From a virus (Duplodnaviria; Caudoviricetes), in IMG/VR virus record IMGVR_UViG_3300044675_003079, positions 1-53,580 of that record: DNA of 53,580 nt, one strand, 5' to 3'. Shown here piece after piece: positions 9,165 to 17,267 of the stretch (positions within the stretch are counted from its first letter, which is position 1; each line of letters opens with the position of its first letter). Both the position numbers and the translations under genes were made by a program. The notes beneath the pieces are model-generated. The model did no database searches. It was given only the letters and a program-made list of their open reading frames with translations, and was not told where the DNA came from.

Positions 9165-10896
9165 TGTGTCTAGATTTGCTGGCAAGGCGAGCGACTACAA
9201 GCGTTCTACCCAAGTGTCTCAAACAACCACAGTTACCGAAAAGCATCTCGCCGGCAAGCACGACCAACGCACCCACGGTGGTGGTGGAGGCGTTAGCGCC
9301 CCTCGTGACACGGCTCACGCCAAACAGAAACAAGCGTGGGAACTTCACGAGCAAGGTAAAACGTGGGAGGAAGTCGCGAAAGAGGCTGGCTACGCGAATG
9401 GTGGCGCCGCGCGTCTGGCTGGCAAAGCGCACGAGAAACGTGTGAAAGCGAAAGGCGAAGGCGCTGAAGTTCCGAAGCCTACTGAGGTTGTCACACCAAA
9501 ACCCAAAACCGACAAAGAAGGCGCTAAAGCAATCAAAGACGCGCAGGCTCTTGTTGACAAAGCAACTGGTGGTCGCACCGTTGCTGATGTCATGGCGGAT
9601 GAACGCAACAGCCAAACGCGAACAAAAGAACCATCCGCAAAAGAGTTAGAGGTTACAGAGGCTGTTATTAAATCGGGTGCAATTCTTCGTGGTGAGGTGG
9701 ACAGACGGCGTGCGTCGCTCGGTAAAGATGTGGTTGAAACTGCGAAATCCGAAGTTGAAGTGCTCAAAAAGGATAAAGCATTGACGCAAAAGCGTGTTGA
9801 TGAAGTGGATGCTCAAAGAGCAACGCACCGCGAGAAAATTGATGCAGAGGTAATGGCAAGTCCCAGATTAGATGTTGAGTTGAATGACAGAATAGACCTA
9901 CAAATATCCAAAACGAAAAGTGAACGGTTGATTGACGGATTGGATGCTGACAGGGCTGGAGTAATTAAAGAGATGCGCGAATATAACCGTCTCTTTGGCA
10001 AACGGGGCGAAGTTGTAAATGCGGACGAGCGTGACGCTTGGAGAAAGCAACGAGCAAAAGAGCGATTCCCTGATGACAAAAAGGCTCAAGAGGAGTATGC
10101 GGCGGTTTTAACAGAGGGAAGGTGGGGTGCTCAGAAAGTTGAGCGTTCTTTGGAAATGTCTGGTGGCAAAATGAAAGTGCTAAAGGATGAGGAAAACAGA
10201 ATAAACGGTTTGTTTTCGGAAGTGGCTAACGCTAACCATGCTGTCGCAAAGGAAATCAGGAACAGGGAAAGATTGATTAAGGATGGCGGAGTAACTCCCG
10301 AACAGAACGCTGAAATCATCAGGTCAGTCTTGATTGATTCTGGTCGCACCATGACAGACAAGCCAGCACAAACGTTGATTGGAAGCAAACCAGCAGTGGC
10401 GGAGTTACGGGCTGAGTTAGTTAAAATCCCTGATGAGTTGTGGAACACTGGTGCTTTCCCACGAATGAATGTAAACGCGACTTCGGGGCGTGGTCATTGG
10501 AGTTCGTCTAAAGCAGAAATTAAGACCGATGGTAAAAAAGGAACTGGGCGACGCGCATCTACTCTTTTGCATGAGGCGACTCACGCTGTTGAGGACATGA
10601 ACTATCAAATTCCACAATTAGAGTTTGTGATGTCGCATCGTCGCGCAAAAGGACAACAACCACAAAAACTTAACGACATCCGTAAGGGTGGAGGATATAG
10701 AAAAGACGAAGTTGCTATTGAGGATGCATGGGCAAACCCATATTCAGGCAAAGTTTACAATGGCGGAGGTCGTCGTAACAATTGGGAGATAATGACGATG
10801 GGCATAGAATCCCTCTATAAACGTCAAGACTATCCGCACGACATTGCCGATGAAGACCACTTAAACTTTGTTATGGGAGTTTTGGCTTACGCATGA
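9157..10896 (+). CDS. tag + HTH + coiled coil + zincin (HExxH) metallopeptidase
   Basis: STLLHEATHAVE and downstream WEIMTMGIE; HTH paralogous to the one in ORF 4574. Confidence 0.75.
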   Translation: MIDVSRFAGKASDYKRSTQVSQTTTVTEKHLAGKHDQRTHGGGGGVSAPRDTAHAKQKQAWELHEQGKTWEEVAKEAGYANGGAARLAGKAHEKRVKAKGEGAEVPKPTEVVTPKPKTDKEGAKAIKDAQALVDKATGGRTVADVMADERNSQTRTKEPSAKELEVTEAVIKSGAILRGEVDRRRASLGKDVVETAKSEVEVLKKDKALTQKRVDEVDAQRATHREKIDAEVMASPRLDVELNDRIDLQISKTKSERLIDGLDADRAGVIKEMREYNRLFGKRGEVVNADERDAWRKQRAKERFPDDKKAQEEYAAVLTEGRWGAQKVERSLEMSGGKMKVLKDEENRINGLFSEVANANHAVAKEIRNRERLIKDGGVTPEQNAEIIRSVLIDSGRTMTDKPAQTLIGSKPAVAELRAELVKIPDELWNTGAFPRMNVNATSGRGHWSSSKAEIKTDGKKGTGRRASTLLHEATHAVEDMNYQIPQLEFVMSHRRAKGQQPQKLNDIRKGGGYRKDEVAIEDAWANPYSGKVYNGGGRRNNWEIMTMGIESLYKRQDYPHDIADEDHLNFVMGVLAYA

Positions 10897-11201
10897 AAAT
10901 TGACGGATACTCAGACCAGCGTGAAGCGCACGTCATGGAGGAAGACGACAAGTGGGTTTTGTACCCCGACGAGTTTGCCATCTTTGCTTCAACCTACACA
11001 TTCCCAGATGAAGTCCCTGTTGCTGTGCCGGGCTTTGTCGCGCCAGACATTAATTCTAAAGAACCTCACATTGTCGTTGCGACGTGGAAAGAAATGATGA
11101 GGGACTATTTGTCGGTTGATGAACCACCGTATGAATTTGAAGTGACTGGCGTTGAAGAGTCCGAGGCTGAAGCCGACGACTCCGAAGGCATCGTCTACTA
11201 G
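10893..11201 (+). CDS. small acidic protein, candidate immunity/partner of the upstream peptidase
   Basis: ATGA-coupled to ORF 9157; very D/E-rich, 102 aa. Confidence 0.55.
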   Translation: MKIDGYSDQREAHVMEEDDKWVLYPDEFAIFASTYTFPDEVPVAVPGFVAPDINSKEPHIVVATWKEMMRDYLSVDEPPYEFEVTGVEESEAEADDSEGIVY

Positions 11202-11240
11202 GGGTTAGTAGCGTCACTCTCTTTGCTACGCTAACGAACA
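11197..11240 (+). promoter_or_regulatory. putative leaderless promoter with ACTAGGGGTTAGT element and -10 TACGCT
   Basis: 13-mer identical to 23351-23363; TACGCT at 11227-11232, 8 nt before the ATG; no SD. Confidence 0.45.
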
Positions 11241-12323
11241 ATGCCAACCAAGCCTGAACCAGCAACCGAAACGGAAGATGCGTCTGAGTACACCGTCTAC
11301 AACGTCACGCTCCGTCAGAAGGTCATCTACGAAGCAACTGAACAAATCGTAGAGCGCTTCGGTCGGTTTGACCGTGGCAACGGCGCTGACGGTGCTCACT
11401 ACATGGACGGCGACGACAACCCTTTCGTCGCCGAAGGAATGAACTGCACCAACTGTGTCGCGTTCCGAGGTGGGCGTGCCTGCGAATGGGTAGAGGGCGA
11501 CATTTCCCCTAACGGACTCTGCAAGTTTTGGATTATCCCCGAGGACTTAATGAGCCACGCGATGGTCAAAGCATCTGACTCTTTCAGCCCTCCACAGGGC
11601 GTTCAGGATGAGGCTAAGAAAGCAATGAAGTGGATTGCCGACGGTCACGCTGGAGATGGTTTCACGGCTGTCGGTTCCGCACGCGCGCGCGACCTTTCCA
11701 ACGGTAGCAACGTGTCACTTGAGACTGTCAAACGGATGCGTTCCTATCTTGCACGCCATGAGGTGGACAAGCAGGGCAAAGGTTGGAGTCCCGGCGAGGA
11801 CGGTTTCCCGTCGGCTGGTCGTGTCGCATGGGCGGCGTGGGGCGGAGACGCTGGACGCACTTGGGCGAACGATGTGTTGGCAGGAATTGACCGCGTCAAC
11901 AAGGCTGTCACGCTGGACGTCATGGAGGAGCAGAAGTTCACGCTCGCCCCGTGGTACATCCCGAACAAGTACGACGCCCACGACGAATGGACAGACCCCG
12001 AGGAGTTGCAGAAAGCACTCTGGGATTACGTCAAGTCAGGCGACCGAGCCATCCGTCTCCAGCACAACACCGAAGTGGTCGCTGGCGAGTGGGTTGAAGC
12101 GATGACGATGCCTTTCCCCGTAAACGTCCCGATGCGCAAGTCCGATGGACGTATTGAGCAGGTTGAATACCCCTCTGGGACGGTCTTTTTGGGCGTCAAA
12201 TGGGACGATTGGGCGTGGGACATGGTCAAGAACGGCGAAATCACTGGTTATTCCATTGGTGGCTCTGCCGAGCGACTTGAGGTAGGTTTAGACAACGGCA
12301 TGACCGTGATAGGAGAAGCATGA
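11241..12323 (+). CDS. multidomain prohead protease: HiPIP-like Cys domain + conserved phage domain + XkdF-like (S78_2-type) protease
   Basis: C-terminal D.H.E...PEELQKA, RLQH, W..VKNGEITGYSIGG; N-terminal CxxC-x7-C-x12-C; position in the head module. Confidence 0.8.
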   Translation: MPTKPEPATETEDASEYTVYNVTLRQKVIYEATEQIVERFGRFDRGNGADGAHYMDGDDNPFVAEGMNCTNCVAFRGGRACEWVEGDISPNGLCKFWIIPEDLMSHAMVKASDSFSPPQGVQDEAKKAMKWIADGHAGDGFTAVGSARARDLSNGSNVSLETVKRMRSYLARHEVDKQGKGWSPGEDGFPSAGRVAWAAWGGDAGRTWANDVLAGIDRVNKAVTLDVMEEQKFTLAPWYIPNKYDAHDEWTDPEELQKALWDYVKSGDRAIRLQHNTEVVAGEWVEAMTMPFPVNVPMRKSDGRIEQVEYPSGTVFLGVKWDDWAWDMVKNGEITGYSIGGSAERLEVGLDNGMTVIGEA

Positions 12324-12997
12324 ACGAAATGACACCAGCAGAACGCGTGACCCTCAACGCGCTACGCGCAACAGCCCTCGCCAAAATGAGCGATGCCGAC
12401 TTCGCAAACCTTGAAACCGAAGTAGCCAGCAAAGGACTACGCAACCTTGATGGTTGGTTCGGTGCGCAAGTCTCCAAAGCAGTAGAGCAAGTCCTCAAGC
12501 ACCCGGGTCATGCGAATCAGGCAAGTCACGGTGGAGGCAAAGGCAAAGGTGGCTCCCCATCCTCTGACATTGCAGGACGCGCAAATTCTAGACGAGAAGA
12601 CGAAGCAGGCGACAAGGTTGGCTACGGTGCAAATCAAGCCGCCGAGAATATGGGCGCTCACTCAAATGAAATGAACCAAAAGATTTATGGCAAAGATGGT
12701 GCTTCCAAAAAGATGACAGACATTGACGAGGTTGAGTTGATGGGAATTAACGACTCACTCAGTTCGGCGGCTGAAAGCCTCACCCTTTTGTCATCTGGAA
12801 AACCTCAAAAACAGCACGACCAAATCATTAGTGTTCGTCGCCAGTTAAGAGAAACGCGTAGCGACGCCGTAAGACAACTAAGTCCTGCAGTGCGCAATAT
12901 CGCAGTTCGCGCAATTGATAAGCACGTCGCCGAAGTTGACAATTTGTTGAGTCTCCATCGTGAAGCGTGGACTGGCGTCGGTGGAACGTTTGAATAG
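12320..12997 (+). CDS. tag-bearing head-associated protein, unknown helical cargo
   Basis: KHPGHANQASHG at K60; N-domain similar to ORF 13006. Confidence 0.75.
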   Translation: MNEMTPAERVTLNALRATALAKMSDADFANLETEVASKGLRNLDGWFGAQVSKAVEQVLKHPGHANQASHGGGKGKGGSPSSDIAGRANSRREDEAGDKVGYGANQAAENMGAHSNEMNQKIYGKDGASKKMTDIDEVELMGINDSLSSAAESLTLLSSGKPQKQHDQIISVRRQLRETRSDAVRQLSPAVRNIAVRAIDKHVAEVDNLLSLHREAWTGVGGTFE

Positions 12998-13005
12998 GAG
13001 CCAAA

Positions 13006-13854
13006 ATGAAAGACGCTGATAAGGCATTGATGGACGGGTTGGCTTTGGTGACTGACCTGCGCGAAGACGAATGGGCGCTTGTGGTGTCCGACGTTGAGAA
13101 GGCTGGTGGAGTTCGCGAATGTCGTGGACACGCCCGTGTTGAGGTTGAGCGTGCCGTAGCAAAGGCTCGTACGTTGGTTGCCAAACACCCCGGTCACGCC
13201 AATCAAGCCTCGCATGGTGGCAAAGGTGGCGGAGGTCAGAAGAGCCAGTCAGACCGTGGTTCTAGCGATGTGAGAACGGCTAAGAATAAAGCATCAGCCC
13301 ATCAGGAGATTGAGTCCATTACGTCACAACTCGCGTTTGCGAGGTCTAATGGCGACAAAGAAGTCGTCGGAATGCTTGAAGAGCGTCGTGCTGGCGCTCG
13401 GCAAGCCTACAAAGAACGCTTTGGAGAGGCTCATCAGGCTGGCACTGAGCCATCTGGCTCAAAAGCAGGCGACGCTGGAGTTGCACAATCAGCAAAAATA
13501 CTCTCCAACGCTAAAGACGGTGCGATGTACCACGACGCTGGTTCCATTGCGCAAGAACAAGCGATGATGGGTAAAGCAACCAAAAGCGATGCAATTGGTC
13601 GCTCGCACAAACACGACCAAGATTTCGCTGTGTCCATGAGAGACAGCAATGCCTACGCTGAACGCGCAACTGCAGTCCGTCGTGCGCAACCCAACAATCC
13701 AAAAGCCGAGAAGATGGCGCAGGCTCTTGACCGTGACTCTCGCAAGTTCCAAACAGAAGCCGCGATATCAATGTCGCTGGCAAGCGCATGGTCGTCTGTT
13801 GCGATGGACTTAGGCGCGTCCGAGTCTGACCTGATTAGCAACAACAGACTCTAA
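13006..13854 (+). CDS. tag-bearing head-associated protein, unknown Ala-rich helical cargo
   Basis: KHPGHANQASHG at K60; AGGAG SD. Confidence 0.75.
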   Translation: MKDADKALMDGLALVTDLREDEWALVVSDVEKAGGVRECRGHARVEVERAVAKARTLVAKHPGHANQASHGGKGGGGQKSQSDRGSSDVRTAKNKASAHQEIESITSQLAFARSNGDKEVVGMLEERRAGARQAYKERFGEAHQAGTEPSGSKAGDAGVAQSAKILSNAKDGAMYHDAGSIAQEQAMMGKATKSDAIGRSHKHDQDFAVSMRDSNAYAERATAVRRAQPNNPKAEKMAQALDRDSRKFQTEAAISMSLASAWSSVAMDLGASESDLISNNRL

Positions 13855-13905
13855 ACCGCACTCAAGTTGTGTAGACGTACTAGTGCGTCACTACACTCTT
13901 AGCAA

Positions 13906-14664
13906 ATGGGTGCTCGCAAGATGGTCAAACTTAAAGTCGTAGAGACTTCAGGCGTAGACCACCCTGCTCATCTAAACGAAGGGTGGGTTGTTATGAAAAA
14001 CCAAAACCCAGAAACCACTGAAGGAGCAGAAGTGTCAGAAGAGACCGAAGCAATTGAGACGACCGAGGCTGATGTAATCACCGAGTCGTTGGTAAAAGCG
14101 CAAGAGCGCATCGCAGAACTTGAAGAGGCTCTGGAAGTTGAAAAGGCAAAGAAAAAGCCTGCCTTCCTCGCCGAAGTTGAAGTTGAAGCAGAAGACGAAG
14201 ACGAAGAGGACATGATGAAATCAGTCCCCGAGGCTGTTCGCGAAATGCTCAACAAGGCAAAGGTTGAAGCAGACGACGCTCGCGCCGAACTTCGCAAAGA
14301 ACGCGAAGAGCGCCGTGACGCAGAGTTCGTTGCTAAGGCACAGTCAGCATGGGGCTTGCTCCCTGTAGACGCCACTGAAGTCGGCAAAGCAATGCGTCGC
14401 CTCTCAGACGTTGACGCGCCACTCGCAGAAACAATCGCTAAGGCACTTGATGCCGCTAACGCACAAGCCGAATCAGCAAACATCTTCGCTGAAATCGGCA
14501 CAGCAGGACGACCAGACACGGGCGATGCTTACGGCAAAGTTCAAGCAATGGCTAAGTCGCTTGTCGCTGATGGAAAGGCATCAACAGTTGAACAGGCTGT
14601 TGTTGACCTCATCTCAGCCGACCCAAACCTCTACCACGAATACGTCGCCGAGAAGCGCCGTTAA
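13906..14664 (+). CDS. capsid scaffolding protein (N-terminal protease-like strand + acidic coiled coil)
   Basis: ETSGVDHPAH N-terminus; E/A/K-rich helices; immediately upstream of decoration and capsid genes; -10-like TACACT shortly before the ATG. Confidence 0.75.
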   Translation: MGARKMVKLKVVETSGVDHPAHLNEGWVVMKNQNPETTEGAEVSEETEAIETTEADVITESLVKAQERIAELEEALEVEKAKKKPAFLAEVEVEAEDEDEEDMMKSVPEAVREMLNKAKVEADDARAELRKEREERRDAEFVAKAQSAWGLLPVDATEVGKAMRRLSDVDAPLAETIAKALDAANAQAESANIFAEIGTAGRPDTGDAYGKVQAMAKSLVADGKASTVEQAVVDLISADPNLYHEYVAEKRR

Positions 14665-14682
14665 GGAAGGAAACAAACCATC

Positions 14683-15078
14683 ATGGCATACGAAATCGCC
14701 AACTCAGCCGTCAAAATCACTCTCGTAGCAGGTGAAGACCTCTCCGCGAAGCAGTATTACTTCGTGAAAATCAACTCGTCAGGACTTGCAGTGCTTTGCT
14801 CAGGTGCAACTGACAAGCCAATCGGCGTACTTCAAAACGACCCTGCTTCTGGTGAAGAAGCAGTCATCACAGTTGTTGGTGGCTCAAAGGTTGTCGCTGG
14901 TGCTTCCATTGACGAAGGTGTCCTTATCGGCACAGCGTCAACTGGCAAGGCTGACGCAAAAGTTCCGGGGACAGACACAACCGAATACGTTGTTGGAACT
15001 GTAATCCTCGCCGCTGGTGCGGACTTAGAAATCCTCACTGCCCTCATTAACTGCTCCAACCCTCACCGCGCGGCGTAA
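14683..15078 (+). CDS. capsid decoration/cement protein (DUF2190-like)
   Basis: AGEDLSAKQYYFVK...PIGVLQN.P..GE.A; position between scaffold and capsid. Confidence 0.78.
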   Translation: MAYEIANSAVKITLVAGEDLSAKQYYFVKINSSGLAVLCSGATDKPIGVLQNDPASGEEAVITVVGGSKVVAGASIDEGVLIGTASTGKADAKVPGTDTTEYVVGTVILAAGADLEILTALINCSNPHRAA

Positions 15079-15108
15079 GTAAGAATCTAAAGGAAAAGGA
15101 AGAGAACA

Positions 15109-16065
15109 ATGCCTCAGCCAACTAGCAACCAAGTCCATGTAGACGCCATTCTGACCAACATTTCGGTCGCGTATATGCAGAGGCAGGAAAACTTTATTGC
15201 CTCTCGCGTATTCCCGATTGTTCCTGTTGAGAAGCAGTCGGACAAGTATTTCACATACACCAAGAACGACTGGTTCCGTGACGAAGCACAGCGTCGCGCG
15301 GACGGTACCGAATCAGCAGGTGGCGGTTACAACATCTCCACTGGCACCTATCAGGCAGACGTTTACGCCTTCCACAAGGACATCGGTGACCAGACTCGCG
15401 CAAACGCAGACGCACCAATCAACGTTGACCGCGAAGCCGCAGAGTTCGTAACAAGCCGTTTGATGCTCAAGATGGAGACCGAGTTCGTTAACAACTTCTT
15501 CTCAGCGAGCGTTTGGGCTAACGAAGTCTCACCATCGGGTAACGATGAGTGGAGCGATTACACCAACAGCGACCCAATGGACGACATTGAAACCGCTAAG
15601 GCGGCAATTCTTGGAACCACAGGTTTTGAACCAAACACACTCGTACTTGGTTACGACGTGTTCCGTGTTCTCAAGAACCACCCAGACCTTGTTGACCGTC
15701 TCAAGTACACATCCAGCAACACAATCACATCAGACATGATGGCTCGTTTGTTTGACGTTGACCGTGTTCTTGTGGCTAAGGCTGTCAAGGCAACGAACAA
15801 CGAAGGTGGCACAGGCGCTTACGCTTTCACACACGGCAAGCACGCCCTCCTCTGCTACTCGGCTCCATCGCCGGGCTTGCTCCAACCATCTGCTGGTTAC
15901 GTCATGTCATGGACAGGCGTTTCTGCAGGACTTGGTGCAACCATTGGTTCCAGCCGACTTCGTATGGACAGCCTTCGCGCTGACCGTATTGAGGCTGAAG
16001 TTGCGTTTGACATGAAAGTCATCGCGACCGACCTCGGTTACTTCTGGAACGGCGTAGTCGCCTAA
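15109..16065 (+). CDS. major capsid protein
   Basis: 318 aa; HVDAILTNISVAY...FIASRVFPIVPV, PNTLVLG motifs of lambda gpE-like capsids; strong SD. Confidence 0.88.
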   Translation: MPQPTSNQVHVDAILTNISVAYMQRQENFIASRVFPIVPVEKQSDKYFTYTKNDWFRDEAQRRADGTESAGGGYNISTGTYQADVYAFHKDIGDQTRANADAPINVDREAAEFVTSRLMLKMETEFVNNFFSASVWANEVSPSGNDEWSDYTNSDPMDDIETAKAAILGTTGFEPNTLVLGYDVFRVLKNHPDLVDRLKYTSSNTITSDMMARLFDVDRVLVAKAVKATNNEGGTGAYAFTHGKHALLCYSAPSPGLLQPSAGYVMSWTGVSAGLGATIGSSRLRMDSLRADRIEAEVAFDMKVIATDLGYFWNGVVA

Positions 16066-16077
16066 TAACCTCTAGAG

Positions 16078-16113
16078 TTGGGTGTCCGTTCGTCTAGTAT
16101 GGGCGGACACCAA
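16078..16113 (+). terminator. stem-loop after the capsid gene (terminator/attenuator or mRNA stabiliser)
   Basis: GGTGTCCGTTC (16081-16091) pairs with GGGCGGACACC (16101-16111); no U-tract. Confidence 0.5.
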
Positions 16114-16136
16114 TCTCAGAGCAGAAGGAAAACATC

Positions 16137-16403
16137 ATGTTGCGCAAAGTTACTAAGCGAATCCCTAAAGGGCGTGGAGAGTACCTAGAGTCAGGCACCA
16201 TCCTTGACGTTTCCTCATTTAGAAACGTGAAGATGCTTGAGTCGGGTCGCTATCTCGGTGAAGTCAGCGCTGAAGAGGCAAAGGCTTATGCCGATGCTCA
16301 AAAGCCTTTGTCAAAGCCTGCTGATAAACCAGCGTCAAAGGCAAAAACAACAAAGTCCGTGTCCGTTGAGGACACACCAGTCGTCGGGGAGGATGACAAA
16401 TGA
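16137..16403 (+). CDS. hypothetical protein downstream of capsid
   Basis: AAGGA SD; Lys/Ala/Pro-rich tail. Confidence 0.65.
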   Translation: MLRKVTKRIPKGRGEYLESGTILDVSSFRNVKMLESGRYLGEVSAEEAKAYADAQKPLSKPADKPASKAKTTKSVSVEDTPVVGEDDK

Positions 16404-16762
16404 GTATCTCTAACTACGCAGAATTGAAACTGCTTGACACCCTCGGCAACACATCGTTCGCTGTCACAACTTGCTACGTGAAATTGCATCTCGGTGACGC
16501 TGGTGAAGATGGCACAGCCTCTCCTGCTACTGAATCAAGCCGTAAGGCTGTCTCTTGGAGTTCGGCTTCTGCTGGTTCTAAGGCTTCCAGCGCTACTTTG
16601 TCATGGACAAACGTTGCCGCTACGGAAACCTACACGCACTGGTCAATGTGGGACGCGTCTACTTCTGGTAACTGCTTGTGGACTGGCGCTTTGTCAGCAT
16701 CCGCCGCTGTTACTGCTGGTGACACGTTTGAGATTACATCTCTCACTTTGACACTGGACTAA
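16400..16762 (+). CDS. virion structural protein
   Basis: SNYAE..LLD, YVKLH.GD.G, WDASTSGNCL motifs common in phage structural genes. Confidence 0.7.
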   Translation: MSISNYAELKLLDTLGNTSFAVTTCYVKLHLGDAGEDGTASPATESSRKAVSWSSASAGSKASSATLSWTNVAATETYTHWSMWDASTSGNCLWTGALSASAAVTAGDTFEITSLTLTLD

Positions 16763-16775
16763 GGAGGACGTCGCG

Positions 16776-17267
16776 ATGGCGACAAACTTTCCCACCTCTT
16801 TAGACGCTCTAAGCAATCCTGTCTCAACCGACACTCTGGCATCGCCAGACCACGCTGTTCAACATTCCGACATCAATGATGCTGTTGAAGCGTTGCAGGC
16901 GAAGGTTGGCATCACGAGTTCAACAGACACGGCGAGCCTTGACTATAAGGTCGCCAAACGTCCCATAACAACGAATGCGCAGATTGCTTCGTACACCCTT
17001 GTTCTTGCCGACGCTGGCAAACTTGTAGAAGTCGGGAATGCGTCTGCGAACACGCTGACTGTTCCTCCTAACTCAAGCGTTGCTTTCCCTGTGGGAACCG
17101 TCATTGATGTCCTTCAGACTGGCGCTGGTCAAACAACCCTCACAGCCGGTGCTGGTGTCACAATCAATACCGCGATTGGGCTGAAACTTCGTGCTCAATG
17201 GTCTCCTGCTTCGCTTATCAAAAGGGCGACTGACACATGGGTTGCTCTTGGTGATTTGAGCGCCTGA
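16776..17267 (+). CDS. virion structural/fibre-associated protein
   Basis: ATNFPTSLD...H...NDAVEALQAKVG head; YTLVLADAGK...W..LGDL module. Confidence 0.7.
   Translation: MATNFPTSLDALSNPVSTDTLASPDHAVQHSDINDAVEALQAKVGITSSTDTASLDYKVAKRPITTNAQIASYTLVLADAGKLVEVGNASANTLTVPPNSSVAFPVGTVIDVLQTGAGQTTLTAGAGVTINTAIGLKLRAQWSPASLIKRATDTWVALGDLSA

Larger units (their letters stand above)
4751..13218 (+). repeat. dispersed peptide-tag repeat, 7 copies (Lys codons at 4751, 5405, 7379, 8421, 9241, 12497, 13183)
   Basis: KHPGHADQKSHG, KHLPHQHDQQKHG, KHLAGKHDQRSHS, KHLQHDQKTHG, KHLAGKHDQRTHG, KHPGHANQASHG (x2), each followed by a Gly/Ser/Pro-rich linker. Confidence 0.92.

Noticed and set aside
4751-13218. Tag repeats as DNA-level repeats such as att or operator sites
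   Set aside because: Always in frame, and they differ mostly at synonymous positions, so the constraint is on the peptide.
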